Below are positions 37,317 to 47,617 of a stretch of DNA of 64,000 bases, in pieces. How positions within the stretch are numbered: the first letter of the stretch is position 1; every line of letters starts with the position of its first letter. A model generated the notes under the pieces. That model did no database searches, was not told the DNA's origin, and worked only from the letters and a program-made list of their open reading frames with translations. The position numbers were made by a program, and so were the translations under genes. Source of the DNA: Longimicrobiales bacterium (lineage in GTDB: Bacteria > Gemmatimonadota > Gemmatimonadetes > Longimicrobiales > Gaopeijiaceae); assembly GCA_965202805.1 (NCBI GenBank), contig OZ241869.1, positions 2,624,001 through 2,688,000 of the forward strand, read 5' to 3'.

Positions 37317-37587
37317 GTCTCCCTCCCCGTTCATGTTTGTCGGAAAACCAGACCGGTTTTGTCGCATCCTACGATGCCTCCCCACGCGCTTCAAGTTGGC
37401 GGCGCGGGCCAACTATCCTTGGTCTCCAGAGGGCAACGAGCGGAGGATATCTGCTCGCGGAACTGCCAGATTTCTTTTCCCACCAGAACCGTCAGGCCAA
37501 GCCAGACCAGACCGACGCCCACCGCAATGGGATGTCGGATCGAACTCTTGGTTTTCGCCTGCCGCGATAGCGTCAAAATCGGGCTTC

Positions 37588-38112
37588 TTACCACCCAAGG
37601 AATTGCTTCCGCTTCATGACGAAGTGCTCACGGATGAGATCGGTCGGGATCGCCGATCCATGCTTGCCCTCTCCGTTGTACACCTGACTCCAAGGAGTGT
37701 CAGGCGCATGAGTGCGATTCCGCAAACTCGCCGCTGTAAGGTGTCCGTACGCTCGCCAAGTTCCCGAAACAGCCCCGCGGGCTTGCCTGTCCGACCTTGG
37801 AATCGAACTGACCCAAGTCGATCCATCGCGGTTCAGTTCAAACGACCGGCCGGTAATCGGGTTGTTGGTGTACACCTTGAATTCGTGGAACAGGCTTGGA
37901 ATGACGGGGCCATGCTTCCAAGCCTGGATCGGCTCCGTGAAGAGCTGTAGATCGTAGAGAACCAAGGCCCACCCGTAGGCGATGTAAACAAGCTTCTGGA
38001 GCTTCATGGGAGTCACGGCTACTCCGTCCCGGTCCGCCAAGTCCAGGATGTAGTTCGCGACTTGCCCAGCGCTGTAGGGTCGCACGTGTAGCGGAGGTTC
38101 CTGGGTTGCCAT
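37588..38112 (-). CDS. Panacea/DUF4065 (SocA/PanA-like) antitoxin
   Basis: VANYIL, TPMKLQKLVYIAYG, IQAWKHGPV, LRNRTH..DTPW; the in-frame upstream ATG at 38178 is a yafQ relic. Confidence 0.88.
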   Translation of the reverse strand: MATQEPPLHVRPYSAGQVANYILDLADRDGVAVTPMKLQKLVYIAYGWALVLYDLQLFTEPIQAWKHGPVIPSLFHEFKVYTNNPITGRSFELNRDGSTWVSSIPRSDRQARGAVSGTWRAYGHLTAASLRNRTHAPDTPWSQVYNGEGKHGSAIPTDLIREHFVMKRKQFLGW

Positions 38113-38164
38113 AGGCGCCTTCCGAGCTGAACGGTTTCGCACGGAGGATGACGGGTGGCGGCGC

Positions 38165-38332
38165 TCAATCGTCCGCATGCAGATCGTCGAAGAGATCCTC
38201 GACGCTGTCGAACTGCGGGAGGTTGCCCCGGCGGGCTTCCTTCATCGCTTTGATCGTGGCGGCGTTGGGAACCGCGGCAGCTTCCTCCTTTACGGCCTTC
38301 TCGATGCGGGCCTGGACGCGGTGGTTTGGCAT
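38165..38332 (-). pseudogene. dinJ: DinJ/RelB antitoxin with internal deletion (55 aa)
   Basis: Manual translation MPNHRVQARIEKAVKEEAAAV|PNAATIKAMKEARRGNLPQFDSVEDLFDDLHADD. DinJ-like N- and C-termini, but the central GLT.SDA.R...LPF segment is missing; GGGGAG RBS. Confidence 0.7.
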
Positions 38333-38405
38333 GTCGAGCTCCCCTTCTGAGTTGCACTACACGGTCATGCAGGCAGGATGCCCGGTCAAGGGTAGTTCGT
38401 CCTCC

Positions 38406-41400
38406 TCACCGTTGGTTGGCGGGTGCGAGGCCGATGTGTCCCGTCAGTTGCAGACGTTGGCCGCCCGATGCGCGATCATAGGCCGTGGCGACTTCGAGCA
38501 GCCGGCCTCCCAGGCGGGCCCGGTAACCGCCGCGCACGTCCATCGTCCAGCCCGGGGGGAGGGCGTCCGGTCCCGGCGTCATGCCTGGCGCGCGGTCCTG
38601 CCAGAGCGCGAAGCCACCTCTGGTCTGGCCGCCCCAGCGGGGGGATGCGGACAGCGAGAATCCCTCCTCCTCGCGCCCACCCACCGTGAGGGTGAGGCCG
38701 GCGCCGCTCTCGTTGTAGCGGGTGGCCGAATGGAAGGCGAGCCACCGCCCCTGGACGTCGAGGCCGACGAGGCCGATCTGTGTGCGCAGTCCGCCGGCGA
38801 GTTCCACGCCGCGTCCGGTCGGGCCGTCGCCGCCGTCATGCCGCACGTGCACGGCGCCGAAGGGGGCGAGTCCCGCGCCGCCGGCCTGCAGCTCGCTTCG
38901 CACGTCGAGGCCGAGGCGGGCCTGGTGCACGCGCCCGCGCAGGTCGTCGATCGTCTCCGTCCCCTCGCCGGTCGACAGGTTGGCCCACCCCGCGTCGGCT
39001 CTCAGTCCGAACGCGACCGCGCCGCCCGCCGGTCCCAGCCGCCGCCGGAAGTCGACGAGCCCCATGGCGAGGTCCAGCGGACTCGTGCCGACGCGGCCGG
39101 TCGCAGCCCGTTCATTCCGGGCTTCCCCCGTGCCGGCGCCGAATGTCGTCCAGACCGCGGTGGCCCCTCGAGACCAGCGCAGGTACGGATGCACCGACGT
39201 CATCGAGGTGCTCAGCCGGCCACTCGCGGTCCCGGCGTTCCAGTCGCTCGCGCCCCGGCTGCGGCCCAGCGCGACGCCGAAGAGCCAGCTGGAAAGCTGC
39301 GCGTCGAGCCCCAGGTACTGGACACGCAGGTCTCCGTCGTAGTCGCCCGCGATGCCGGCCGGCCCGGACCCGGGTTCCCCGGCGCCGCCGTCGAAGCGCT
39401 GCACGTCTGCCTGACCCCACAGCGACCACGCGATTCCGGGGCGTGCCGAGTCAGCGGCCTGGCCTCCCCAGGCAAACGTGAAGTCCGTGCTGGCGATTCC
39501 GGCGGGACCGCGGATCTGGTTGAGCGGGTTTGAAACGCCCGCCGGGGCGAGGTCCGACAATGAGAGGTCCGTTCCCGGGGCGACGCCCGACAGCGAGAGT
39601 CCGGTACCCGGAGCGGGCCGTGGCGCGCCCGGGGTCGATAGTGCCGTGCCCGGCCTCACATGGGCCGAGCGCGTCCTGTGCGCGAACCGGTTTCCAATGC
39701 CCGTGGGGTCGGGCAGCCAGCCCGTAACCACCTGCTTCGCCGCGTCCCAGAAGGAGTGCCCGTCCGGGAGCCCCACGGATCTGCCTCCAACGCGCAGCCC
39801 CGACTGCCCGCCCGCGTCGGTACCCCCTCGGGCGCCGGGCGCGACGCGTCGTTCGAGCGTCATGCGTGCGCTCGCAAGCCAGGACCGCGCCATGGCGGCG
39901 AACGCGTCGTTCAGCACTGCCCGCACCGGCCGGTCGCTCACGCCGACGGTCACACGCTGGGTCGCGGCCAGTCCACCGGGGTCCGTTGCCGTGACGATGA
40001 CCGTGGCGTCCCCGTAGGCCACCGGAACCAGGACGAGCGCCGCTCCGCTCACCGCCGCGGTGACGACGTCCGCGTTGGAGGTCTCGGCACTGAAGGCCAG
40101 CGGATCACCGTCGATGTCGGTGAAGAAGGGCGTGAGTTCAACCGTCACCTCGTCTTCGCCCTCGTCCAGCAGCTGATCGGGGATCGCACCCACCGCCGCC
40201 GGCCCGTCGTTGACCGGGGTCACGGTCACCTCGACGGTCGCGGTGTCGGCGAGGCCGTCCATGTCGGCGACCACGTAGGTGAAGCGGTCGGGGCCGTGGT
40301 AGTTCGCGTCCGGGACGTAGGAAACGTTCGTTCCGTCCGCCGCGACCTCGGCTGCGCCATGCCCGGCGGGCGACACGCTCCGGACGTGCAGCCGGTCGCC
40401 GTCAAGATCCACGTCGTTGTCGAGCACCGGGATCTCGACCGCCTCGTCCTCGGCGGTGGTGGCCTGGTCGTCGGCCGCTTCGGGTGCGTCGTTCACCGGG
40501 GTCACGGTGATCTCCACCATCGCGGTGTCGGCCAGGCCGCCCGCGTCGGCGACCACGTAGGTGAAGCGGTCGGGGCCGTGGTAGTTCGCGTCCGGGAGGT
40601 AGGAGACGCTGGTTCCGTCCGCCGCGACCTCGGCCACGCCGTGCTCGGCGGGCGACACGCTCTCGACGCGCAGCCGGTCGCCGTCGAGGTCCGCGTCGTT
40701 GTCCAGCACCGGGATCTCGACCGCCTCATCCTCCCGGGTGGTGGCCTGGTCGTCGGCCGCTTCGGGCGCGTCGTTCACCGGGGTCACGGTGATCTCCACC
40801 ATCGCGGTGTCGGCCAGGCCGCCCGCGTCGGCGACCACGTACGTGAACCGGTCGGGGCCATGGTAGTTCGCGTCCGGCACGTAGGAGACGCTCGTTCCGT
40901 TCGCCGCGACTTCGGCCACGCCATGCCCGGCGGGCGACACGCTCTCGACGCGCAGCCGGTCGCCGTCGAGGTCCGTGTCGTTGTCGAGCACGGCAATCTC
41001 GACCGCTTCATCCTCCCGGGTGGTGGCCTGGTCGTCGGCGGCTTCGGGCGCGTCGTTCACCGGAACCACGGTGACCTCCACCGTCGCCGTGTCGGCCAGG
41101 CCGCCCGCGTCGGCGACCACGTACGTGAACCGGTCGGGGCCATGGTAGTTCGGGTCCGGCGCATACTGCACGGCCGTCCAGGCGCCGACAATCTGCGCCT
41201 GCCCGTGTCCGGGCACGCCGACCGAAACCACGCGAATCCGGTCTCCGCGATCCGGATCGGCATCGTTGGCCAGCACCTCGACCCTCGCCTTCCGGTCCTC
41301 GGCCACGCTCAGCGTGTCGTCCGCGGCTACGGGGTGTTCGTTGACATCGACCACCTGCACCACGACCTCCGCCTGCGCTTCGCCGCCCAGCGTGTCCGTC

Positions 41401-43346
41401 GCCGTCACGGTCAGCGCGTAGCGGTTCGGATCGGCTTCGAAGTCCTCCCCGGGGCCGATGTAGCTCAGATCCCCCGACGCCGCATCGATGGCGAAGCGGT
41501 CGGCGCCGGACGCCAGCCCGAACTCGAACTCGTCTCCATCCGGATCGGTCGCGCGAACCCGGCCCAGCCTTCTTGGCGTCCCGCGGCCGACGCGGTTCTC
41601 CGCAATCTCGAAACGAGGCGACCGCCCGAACACCGGAGCGCGGTTCACGACTTCGACCGCGACCTCCGCGGTCGTGGTTCCGCCCTGCCCGTCTTCGACT
41701 TGAACCCGGATGACGACGCGGCCGATTCGGTCCGGTGCCGTCCAGAGCGCATCCGGCCCGTCGGTCGCGCCCGTGAACGTTCCCTGCGCAGCGCTCCAGT
41801 CGTATGCGATGGCGTCGCCGTCCGGATCCGAGGCGTCGGCCGTCAGCCGCACCTCGCCGCCGCGCGGAACCGCGCAGGGATCGCATGCCGCCTGCACGGT
41901 GGGCGGACTGTTGGGCGGCGGCGGGGAGTCGTCGTCCCGGATCGTCACCTCGACCGACGCCGGGTTGCCCGCCGTCACCTCCGGCGGCAGCGCCCCCAGC
42001 GACACCGTGAAGGTCTCCTCGTTCGCGTCGGCGTCCTCCACCGTCGAGATCGTGCCGGCGCCGGACGTCCGGCCACCGCCGATCGTGATGCTCGCCAACG
42101 ATCCGAAGTCGCCCGATTCGGCGGTCCCGGCCGCCAGCGTCAGCGGGATCGTCACGCCGTTCGACAACGCCTCCGACAACCGCGCCGTCACCGTCACCGG
42201 CTGCCCCTCCTCCACGGGATTCGGGGAAGCCGACAGGCTCACCCTCGGCGGCAGCGGCGCCCCGTCACCGTCCCGGATCGTCACCTCGACCGACGCCGGG
42301 CTGCCCGCCGTCACCTCTCCCGGCAGATTGCGCAGCCCCACCGTGAACGTCTCGTGTTCCGCGTCCGCGTCGTCCGTGGTGGAGATCGTGCCCGTGCCGG
42401 ACGTCCGGCCACCACCGATCGTGATGCTCGCCAGCGACCCGAAGTCCCCGGCTTCGGCGGTGCCGGCCGACAGCGACAGCGGGATCGTCACGCTGTTCGA
42501 CAACGCGGCCGACAGCCGCGCCGTCACCGTCACCGACTGCCCCTCGTCCACGGGGTTCGGGGCGGCCGACAGGCTCACGCTGGGCGTCGGCGGGGGCGTG
42601 GTCAGCCTGGTGAAGGTGAGCACCGCCATGGGCTCGTTGGAGAACTTGCCCGTGCCCGCGATGCGCGTAATGACGCCCTGCGGACTCGTGTCGGGATTGG
42701 ACAGGGAGAACTCCTCCCCGTCCTCGGTGCCGGCATCGTACGGAAAGAGGTTCACCACAAGCGACGGCCGCCACTGACCCGAGCCGTCGAGCAGGGACAC
42801 TCCAGACACACCGACGAACCAGTCGGGACTGGGACCGATCATGGACAGGAGCGTCACCAGCGGATGCGCCCTGTTGACGTCGATATTGAACGTCGCACTG
42901 CCGGTGCCGCCTCCCGAGACGCCTTCCTGAATGACCGACAGGGTGTGCGAACTGCCCGAAACCTCGCTGCGGAAGGTCCCGGTGGAGCCCAGTTCGGCCA
43001 CGCCCTCGACACCGGCACTGGCCTGCCCGCCAGGCGCCCAGAAGGTGACGCCGCTCCCGTGCACGCCCCCGATCAGCGTCGTGAAGTGCGCTCCGCCCAC
43101 CACTCCTCCGGGCGTACTGTCCAGCGTCCAGTTGCCATCGAACGTCACCTGGTAGGTGATCGTCTGCGCCGCGGCCGGCAGCGCTGACACACCAAGGGCA
43201 ACGGGCAGGGCGAGAAGTGCGCCGAAGCGCCGGCGGCGGAACGTGCGCGGGCGGCGGACGAGCGTGTGCGGGAGGAGGCCAGCGATGCCGACCACCTGCC
43301 GCACCCAATCGGAGAGGATCCCCCGAAGGGAGAAGTTGCGTTTCAT
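38406..43346 (-). CDS. Giant surface/adhesin protein: spondin_N, 2 Calx-beta-like, PKD, cadherin, 4 Ig-like (Big_9/tandem-95) repeats, autotransporter-like beta-barrel C-terminus
   Basis: Spondin motifs AHFTTLIGGVH, SMIGPSPDWFVGV, PYDAGTE; cadherin ATDPDGD...DVNE; repeated PVNDAPEAADD...PDANYHGPDRFTY; Trp/Gly-rich barrel-like C-terminus. Confidence 0.85.
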   Translation of the reverse strand: MKRNFSLRGILSDWVRQVVGIAGLLPHTLVRRPRTFRRRRFGALLALPVALGVSALPAAAQTITYQVTFDGNWTLDSTPGGVVGGAHFTTLIGGVHGSGVTFWAPGGQASAGVEGVAELGSTGTFRSEVSGSSHTLSVIQEGVSGGGTGSATFNIDVNRAHPLVTLLSMIGPSPDWFVGVSGVSLLDGSGQWRPSLVVNLFPYDAGTEDGEEFSLSNPDTSPQGVITRIAGTGKFSNEPMAVLTFTRLTTPPPTPSVSLSAAPNPVDEGQSVTVTARLSAALSNSVTIPLSLSAGTAEAGDFGSLASITIGGGRTSGTGTISTTDDADAEHETFTVGLRNLPGEVTAGSPASVEVTIRDGDGAPLPPRVSLSASPNPVEEGQPVTVTARLSEALSNGVTIPLTLAAGTAESGDFGSLASITIGGGRTSGAGTISTVEDADANEETFTVSLGALPPEVTAGNPASVEVTIRDDDSPPPPNSPPTVQAACDPCAVPRGGEVRLTADASDPDGDAIAYDWSAAQGTFTGATDGPDALWTAPDRIGRVVIRVQVEDGQGGTTTAEVAVEVVNRAPVFGRSPRFEIAENRVGRGTPRRLGRVRATDPDGDEFEFGLASGADRFAIDAASGDLSYIGPGEDFEADPNRYALTVTATDTLGGEAQAEVVVQVVDVNEHPVAADDTLSVAEDRKARVEVLANDADPDRGDRIRVVSVGVPGHGQAQIVGAWTAVQYAPDPNYHGPDRFTYVVADAGGLADTATVEVTVVPVNDAPEAADDQATTREDEAVEIAVLDNDTDLDGDRLRVESVSPAGHGVAEVAANGTSVSYVPDANYHGPDRFTYVVADAGGLADTAMVEITVTPVNDAPEAADDQATTREDEAVEIPVLDNDADLDGDRLRVESVSPAEHGVAEVAADGTSVSYLPDANYHGPDRFTYVVADAGGLADTAMVEITVTPVNDAPEAADDQATTAEDEAVEIPVLDNDVDLDGDRLHVRSVSPAGHGAAEVAADGTNVSYVPDANYHGPDRFTYVVADMDGLADTATVEVTVTPVNDGPAAVGAIPDQLLDEGEDEVTVELTPFFTDIDGDPLAFSAETSNADVVTAAVSGAALVLVPVAYGDATVIVTATDPGGLAATQRVTVGVSDRPVRAVLNDAFAAMARSWLASARMTLERRVAPGARGGTDAGGQSGLRVGGRSVGLPDGHSFWDAAKQVVTGWLPDPTGIGNRFAHRTRSAHVRPGTALSTPGAPRPAPGTGLSLSGVAPGTDLSLSDLAPAGVSNPLNQIRGPAGIASTDFTFAWGGQAADSARPGIAWSLWGQADVQRFDGGAGEPGSGPAGIAGDYDGDLRVQYLGLDAQLSSWLFGVALGRSRGASDWNAGTASGRLSTSMTSVHPYLRWSRGATAVWTTFGAGTGEARNERAATGRVGTSPLDLAMGLVDFRRRLGPAGGAVAFGLRADAGWANLSTGEGTETIDDLRGRVHQARLGLDVRSELQAGGAGLAPFGAVHVRHDGGDGPTGRGVELAGGLRTQIGLVGLDVQGRWLAFHSATRYNESGAGLTLTVGGREEEGFSLSASPRWGGQTRGGFALWQDRAPGMTPGPDALPPGWTMDVRGGYRARLGGRLLEVATAYDRASGGQRLQLTGHIGLAPANQR
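40200..41350. repeat. Four ~282-bp (94-aa) tandem Ig-like repeats
   Basis: Near-identical DNA units with 282-bp period (e.g. 40502 vs 40784). Confidence 0.9.
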
Positions 43347-43553
43347 TCGATCATTGCCCGGCGTCCCGAACATCCCCAGGACGCCCGTCTAAGTAATGTT
43401 TACCTTACATTCTGTAATGCGCGCAAAACATCATGCCCCTTGGGGGACCTCGGTGGCCCGGAGTACGCGGACCCCGCGTCGATCCGCGAGATCCATAGCT
43501 GGGGACCGCGCGAGACCCCTGACTCCGGCTCACCTCCGGGCCTGTCCCGCACC

Positions 43554-46154
43554 TCACCGCGGCGGCCCACCTCCCCGGCTGCTGCCTCCGATCGGGTCAC
43601 CCTGCGGCATCACCAGCGCGCCGCCTGGGACCGTGTTCTCGATGCGCTGCTGCCAGCGGCGGATGTCGGCGGCCACCAGGCGCTGGTGCGGTGACGGGTC
43701 GGACATCGCCTCCAGGTCCGTGGCGAGCCGCTCCAGCCGGTCGGCGAGCACGGCGCGCACCTCGGCGGCGTTTCCGTCCCGGCTGGCCTGCTGCATCATG
43801 CGGTCGGCGACGGAGCGCTGGACGGCGTGCAGCACCCGCTGGCGGTAGTCGTCCGGGGCCGCGTCCGCGCCCCAGGTGTGCTCGATCAGCCGGTCCGCGA
43901 CCTCCTCAAGGCCCGGGTAGTCGCCCATGCTGCCGAACACCAGCAGGCGGGCCATGCGGTTGGGGTGCAGGATCTCGCCCACGGCGAAGTCGGCCGCCGC
44001 CTCGGCCGCGCCCACCGGGTCGAAGACCAGCCCGGTGTAGCCGGGGAAGGCCTCGCCCTCGTCGTGGCGGAAGGCCGCGGGCGGGATCATCGACACGACG
44101 TCCTCGGGCAGCGTCAGGAAGTCGACCGTCAGCGTCGAGAGAATCGTCTCCAGCGCGTCCCGCTGCTCGTCGGCCGGGATGATGGCGAACGGCCTCTGCC
44201 CATCTCCCTTGAGCGCGTAGCGATAGTCGGCGCCGCCGAGGGTCTGCGCGGCGGAGCGCAGCTGGAAGCGATGGTGCATGTAGAGGGGCATCAGGACGTA
44301 TTCGAGGTCCGAGAGCGGCTCTCCGGTGCGGAGCACGTCGGTGCCGAACTTCTCGAGCCCGATCTCGCGCACGTCGATTTCGAGCTTCAGATGGTCGACC
44401 AGGTTGGCCCCGTTGTCCCATACGCTCGCCCCCGGGTGTGCGGCCCCGATGAAGTTGTTGTTGGTGTGCATCATGAAGACGAGCCCGTCGTCGATCCCCT
44501 GCAGGACGATCTCGTTCAGCGCGGCCCGCTCGTCGGTCCCCTCCGGGAACTCCCGGTAGAGCCAGTTGACGGAGAGCTTGTCGTAGGTGCCGATGCGGGG
44601 CACGTAGGCGTCGGAGAGGTCGATGTCGCCGTTGTCGTCGATGGTGGCCAGGGGCGCAGGATAGTCCATGACGCTCTCGCGGCCGTAGGTGCTGGAGAGA
44701 TAGTTGTGCGGGAAGCCGAGCGTGTGCCCCACCTCGTGCGCGGACAGCTGCCGGACGCGCGCGAGCGCCATCTCCACCGCGTCGGAGTTGCCGGCGACCT
44801 GGGCCAGGTACTCGAAGTCCGGCGCCCCCGCGAGCATGCACGCCTCCCAGTAGGCGCGCTCCTCGTCGCTCATGGGCACGTCGAAGTAGCCGCCCCCGTC
44901 GTCGGAGGTGATCCCGCCCGTGAACGGCGGCACCATCCCCTGCCCGTGCAGGTAGTCCTGGCGCAGCCGCAGGCTCCCCAGGTTCACCACCCCGCGCACG
45001 ATCTCGCCGGTGCGCGGATCGATCACCGAGTTGCCGTACGAGTAGCCGCGCGTCCGCCGGTGGGTCCAGTGGATCATGTTGTAGCGGATGTCCTGCGCGT
45101 CGACCCCCTCGGGCAGCACCTCGACGTGGTAGGCGTCGATGAAGCCCGCCTCCTCGAAGGCCTCGGCCCACCACTCGGCCCCCTCGATGAGCGCGCTCCG
45201 CACCGGCTCGGGCGTGCCCGGATCCACATAGTAGACGATGGGCTCGACCGCCTCGGAGCGCTCCGCGTCCGGGTCCCGCTTCTGCAGGCGATGGCGGGCC
45301 ACCCAGCGGATGCGCATGTCCTCGTCGATGGGACTCGCGTAGTCGCGCACGGTCGGCCCGTTCACCCCGATACGCGGATCGGCGACGCGCGGTTCGTAAC
45401 CGGGCCCGGGCAACTGGATGAAGGAGTGGTGCTGGCGCACGGTGAACGAACTGCCCGTGGCCGCAACGCCGCTGACCAGGTTGCCGGGCCGGTCGCTCGT
45501 GAAGGTGAGCATCGCCTCGACCTCGGTGTTCTCCGGAAACGACTTGGTGTTGGGCAGATAGATGGCGCTACGGGACACGTCGAGCTGGAACGACCCCTGC
45601 CCCCGCTGCTCGATCTGATTAATGACCCCGCGCGCGTCGCGCATGAAGAACTCGGTGGCGTCCACCAGCACGCGGTCGCCGGTGCGGGCCACGATGTCGA
45701 AGCCCCAGTGCACCGACGGCGCGAAGGCGTCGCGCACCGCCCGCGCCTCGGCGGTGTTTTCGGTGATGGCCCGGAACTCGTAGTTGGGCTCGACGAGCAG
45801 CACCCGCGGCCCGATGCGGCGCGCCTCGAAGACGTGCGTCCCGCGCAACTGCCCCCGGTCGATCCCCACCGGATTGCTCCCGAGCCCCGACCCCATCGAG
45901 ATCTGGTAGAGAAACTCGGTGTCCAGCTCGGCGATCTCCCAGTAGAGGGCGCCGGCGTCGTCATCCCAGTAGAGGTTGAAGAAGCCCTCCATGGGGGTCG
46001 TGCCCTGGGTCATCTCCTCGATGGTGGGGAGGTCCTGGGCGGTGGCGGGGGAGGGGAAGGTGGCGATGGTGGCGACCACGGCCGCGGTGGTGAGTGCGGC
46101 GAGGGTGAGGAGGGGGGTGGGGGGGACGAGTCGGCGGGTTCGTCGGGTCGTCAT
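43554..46154 (-). CDS. Zinc-dependent metalloprotease (EcxA-like; DUF5117/DUF4953)
   Basis: HEVGHTLGFPHN zincin motif, SVMDYP Met-turn, DPRTGEI; signal peptide. Confidence 0.9.
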   Translation of the reverse strand: MTTRRTRRLVPPTPLLTLAALTTAAVVATIATFPSPATAQDLPTIEEMTQGTTPMEGFFNLYWDDDAGALYWEIAELDTEFLYQISMGSGLGSNPVGIDRGQLRGTHVFEARRIGPRVLLVEPNYEFRAITENTAEARAVRDAFAPSVHWGFDIVARTGDRVLVDATEFFMRDARGVINQIEQRGQGSFQLDVSRSAIYLPNTKSFPENTEVEAMLTFTSDRPGNLVSGVAATGSSFTVRQHHSFIQLPGPGYEPRVADPRIGVNGPTVRDYASPIDEDMRIRWVARHRLQKRDPDAERSEAVEPIVYYVDPGTPEPVRSALIEGAEWWAEAFEEAGFIDAYHVEVLPEGVDAQDIRYNMIHWTHRRTRGYSYGNSVIDPRTGEIVRGVVNLGSLRLRQDYLHGQGMVPPFTGGITSDDGGGYFDVPMSDEERAYWEACMLAGAPDFEYLAQVAGNSDAVEMALARVRQLSAHEVGHTLGFPHNYLSSTYGRESVMDYPAPLATIDDNGDIDLSDAYVPRIGTYDKLSVNWLYREFPEGTDERAALNEIVLQGIDDGLVFMMHTNNNFIGAAHPGASVWDNGANLVDHLKLEIDVREIGLEKFGTDVLRTGEPLSDLEYVLMPLYMHHRFQLRSAAQTLGGADYRYALKGDGQRPFAIIPADEQRDALETILSTLTVDFLTLPEDVVSMIPPAAFRHDEGEAFPGYTGLVFDPVGAAEAAADFAVGEILHPNRMARLLVFGSMGDYPGLEEVADRLIEHTWGADAAPDDYRQRVLHAVQRSVADRMMQQASRDGNAAEVRAVLADRLERLATDLEAMSDPSPHQRLVAADIRRWQQRIENTVPGGALVMPQGDPIGGSSRGGGPPR

Positions 46155-46672
46155 GGCGGGTACCTCGGAGGGGTGGGGGTGCGGGAGTTCTTCTGCAGGA
46201 GCGTTGGAGCGTCGGGCGGGTGAAGCCAGGCCGTAGGCACGTGACCACCAGCGATGGCTCAACACGGATACGGTGAGACTGGAACAGGGGCCAGAGGGGC
46301 GCAAGCGAGCAACACCCTCATGCGGTGGCGAGACACACAACAGATCATGGCCCCGCTTCCTCAGACAAAGCCTCACGGGGGAGGACGGCGTTCAGAGCCG
46401 GCATCCGAGAGGTGTACGTGGCCGAGAGGGCGGACTCTCGCTCTCTGGCTATCGTAGGCGTTGGTCGGATGATGCTAGACCACGCGGAACGCAAGTACCG
46501 AGGGCATTACCCGAAGAATCGGCCTCTGTGATCGACGTGCTAGCCTGACTCCCTTGGCGGTGCCCCGTCATCTCCCAGCTTCCACGTAGACCTCCACCGA
46601 GGTTTACAACGTTCCCAACGTCCGCTAACGTCGGTGTATCGCAACGCCGCACGACGTCCGGCTGATGGGGAG

Positions 46673-47617
46673 ATGGAACAAACGATGCCATCACACCTTT
46701 CCGTGACATCCAGAAAGCCTGCGCTCCCCGAAGCCGATTTCATGTTCGGGATCGACTTCAAGCACCGTGAGCGGCCAGCTTCTCGGCTGTTCCTCGCGAC
46801 ACATGCATTCATCCTCACTTGTGAGTCACTGGATCGAGAATTGATAGGTTGTATAGATTCAAGCATACAGCCTGTTATGGTATTGGAAGATGTTCAAGCG
46901 GCATCTCTAAAGACTTGGTTTCGGACCATGCTGAGCGAAGTCGACGATACGGCTCTGCACCGCATGGATTGGAAGCCTATGATTGGTCAATACCTTGTGC
47001 GTGCCAAGTACTTCATCCTCCGGTGGCTTGACGATCCCGAACGGTCGTCGCCACACGACATGATTGATGAGATTGGCGACCTTGCCGAAGATCAGGGCAT
47101 TGTGAATAAGCTCGGATACCGACCTCCGCAGCTGGGGAGCTTACTTGACGCCGCGACTAATTACCAAGAAGTAAAAGACCACTTGATAGAGGGCGACCAA
47201 GCGTATGTAGAGATTGAACCCAACAGCGAGGCGCCTATAAGACACGATGTGAATGTCACCGTGGCGTGGAATGTAGATACTATCGCAGACTTGATCACGA
47301 GCGACACCTCGGTCAGCGAAAGCACTATGAACCTAATAGTAAAAAAGCCCGACTTTTTGGGTGATAGCAAATGGGATTTTCGTCACGGCAAACGGACCAT
47401 TTCAGCCAAGATTGAAGATGAGGGCTGGCTCCGTGACTTTCAGAACCGGAAAATCAACGTGCTCCCAGGCTACGCGCTAAAATGTCGCGTGCGAACCGAG
47501 CTCGCGTATGACGCATCCTACGAGCTAATATCGACCCGCTACTTCATCCAAGAGGTCTTGGAAGTTATCGCTTTTAATTATGACGACGAACAGTCTTTCT
47601 TTTTTGGTCAAGAGTAA
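46673..47617 (+). CDS. Hypothetical protein (island gene, lower GC)
   Basis: Long ORF with atypical codon usage; GGGGAG RBS before ATG 46673; no recognised catalytic motif. Confidence 0.7.
   Translation: MEQTMPSHLSVTSRKPALPEADFMFGIDFKHRERPASRLFLATHAFILTCESLDRELIGCIDSSIQPVMVLEDVQAASLKTWFRTMLSEVDDTALHRMDWKPMIGQYLVRAKYFILRWLDDPERSSPHDMIDEIGDLAEDQGIVNKLGYRPPQLGSLLDAATNYQEVKDHLIEGDQAYVEIEPNSEAPIRHDVNVTVAWNVDTIADLITSDTSVSESTMNLIVKKPDFLGDSKWDFRHGKRTISAKIEDEGWLRDFQNRKINVLPGYALKCRVRTELAYDASYELISTRYFIQEVLEVIAFNYDDEQSFFFGQE

Noticed and set aside
37413..37598. 61-aa ORF overlapping the Panacea stop, possible toxin partner
   Set aside because: TTG start and no recognisable toxin features; may be a relic but unsupported
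40200..41350. Long direct repeats considered as CRISPR or DGR template/variable repeats
   Set aside because: Contiguous in-frame 282-bp domain repeats with no spacers, no adenine-specific variation noticed, and no cas or RT gene
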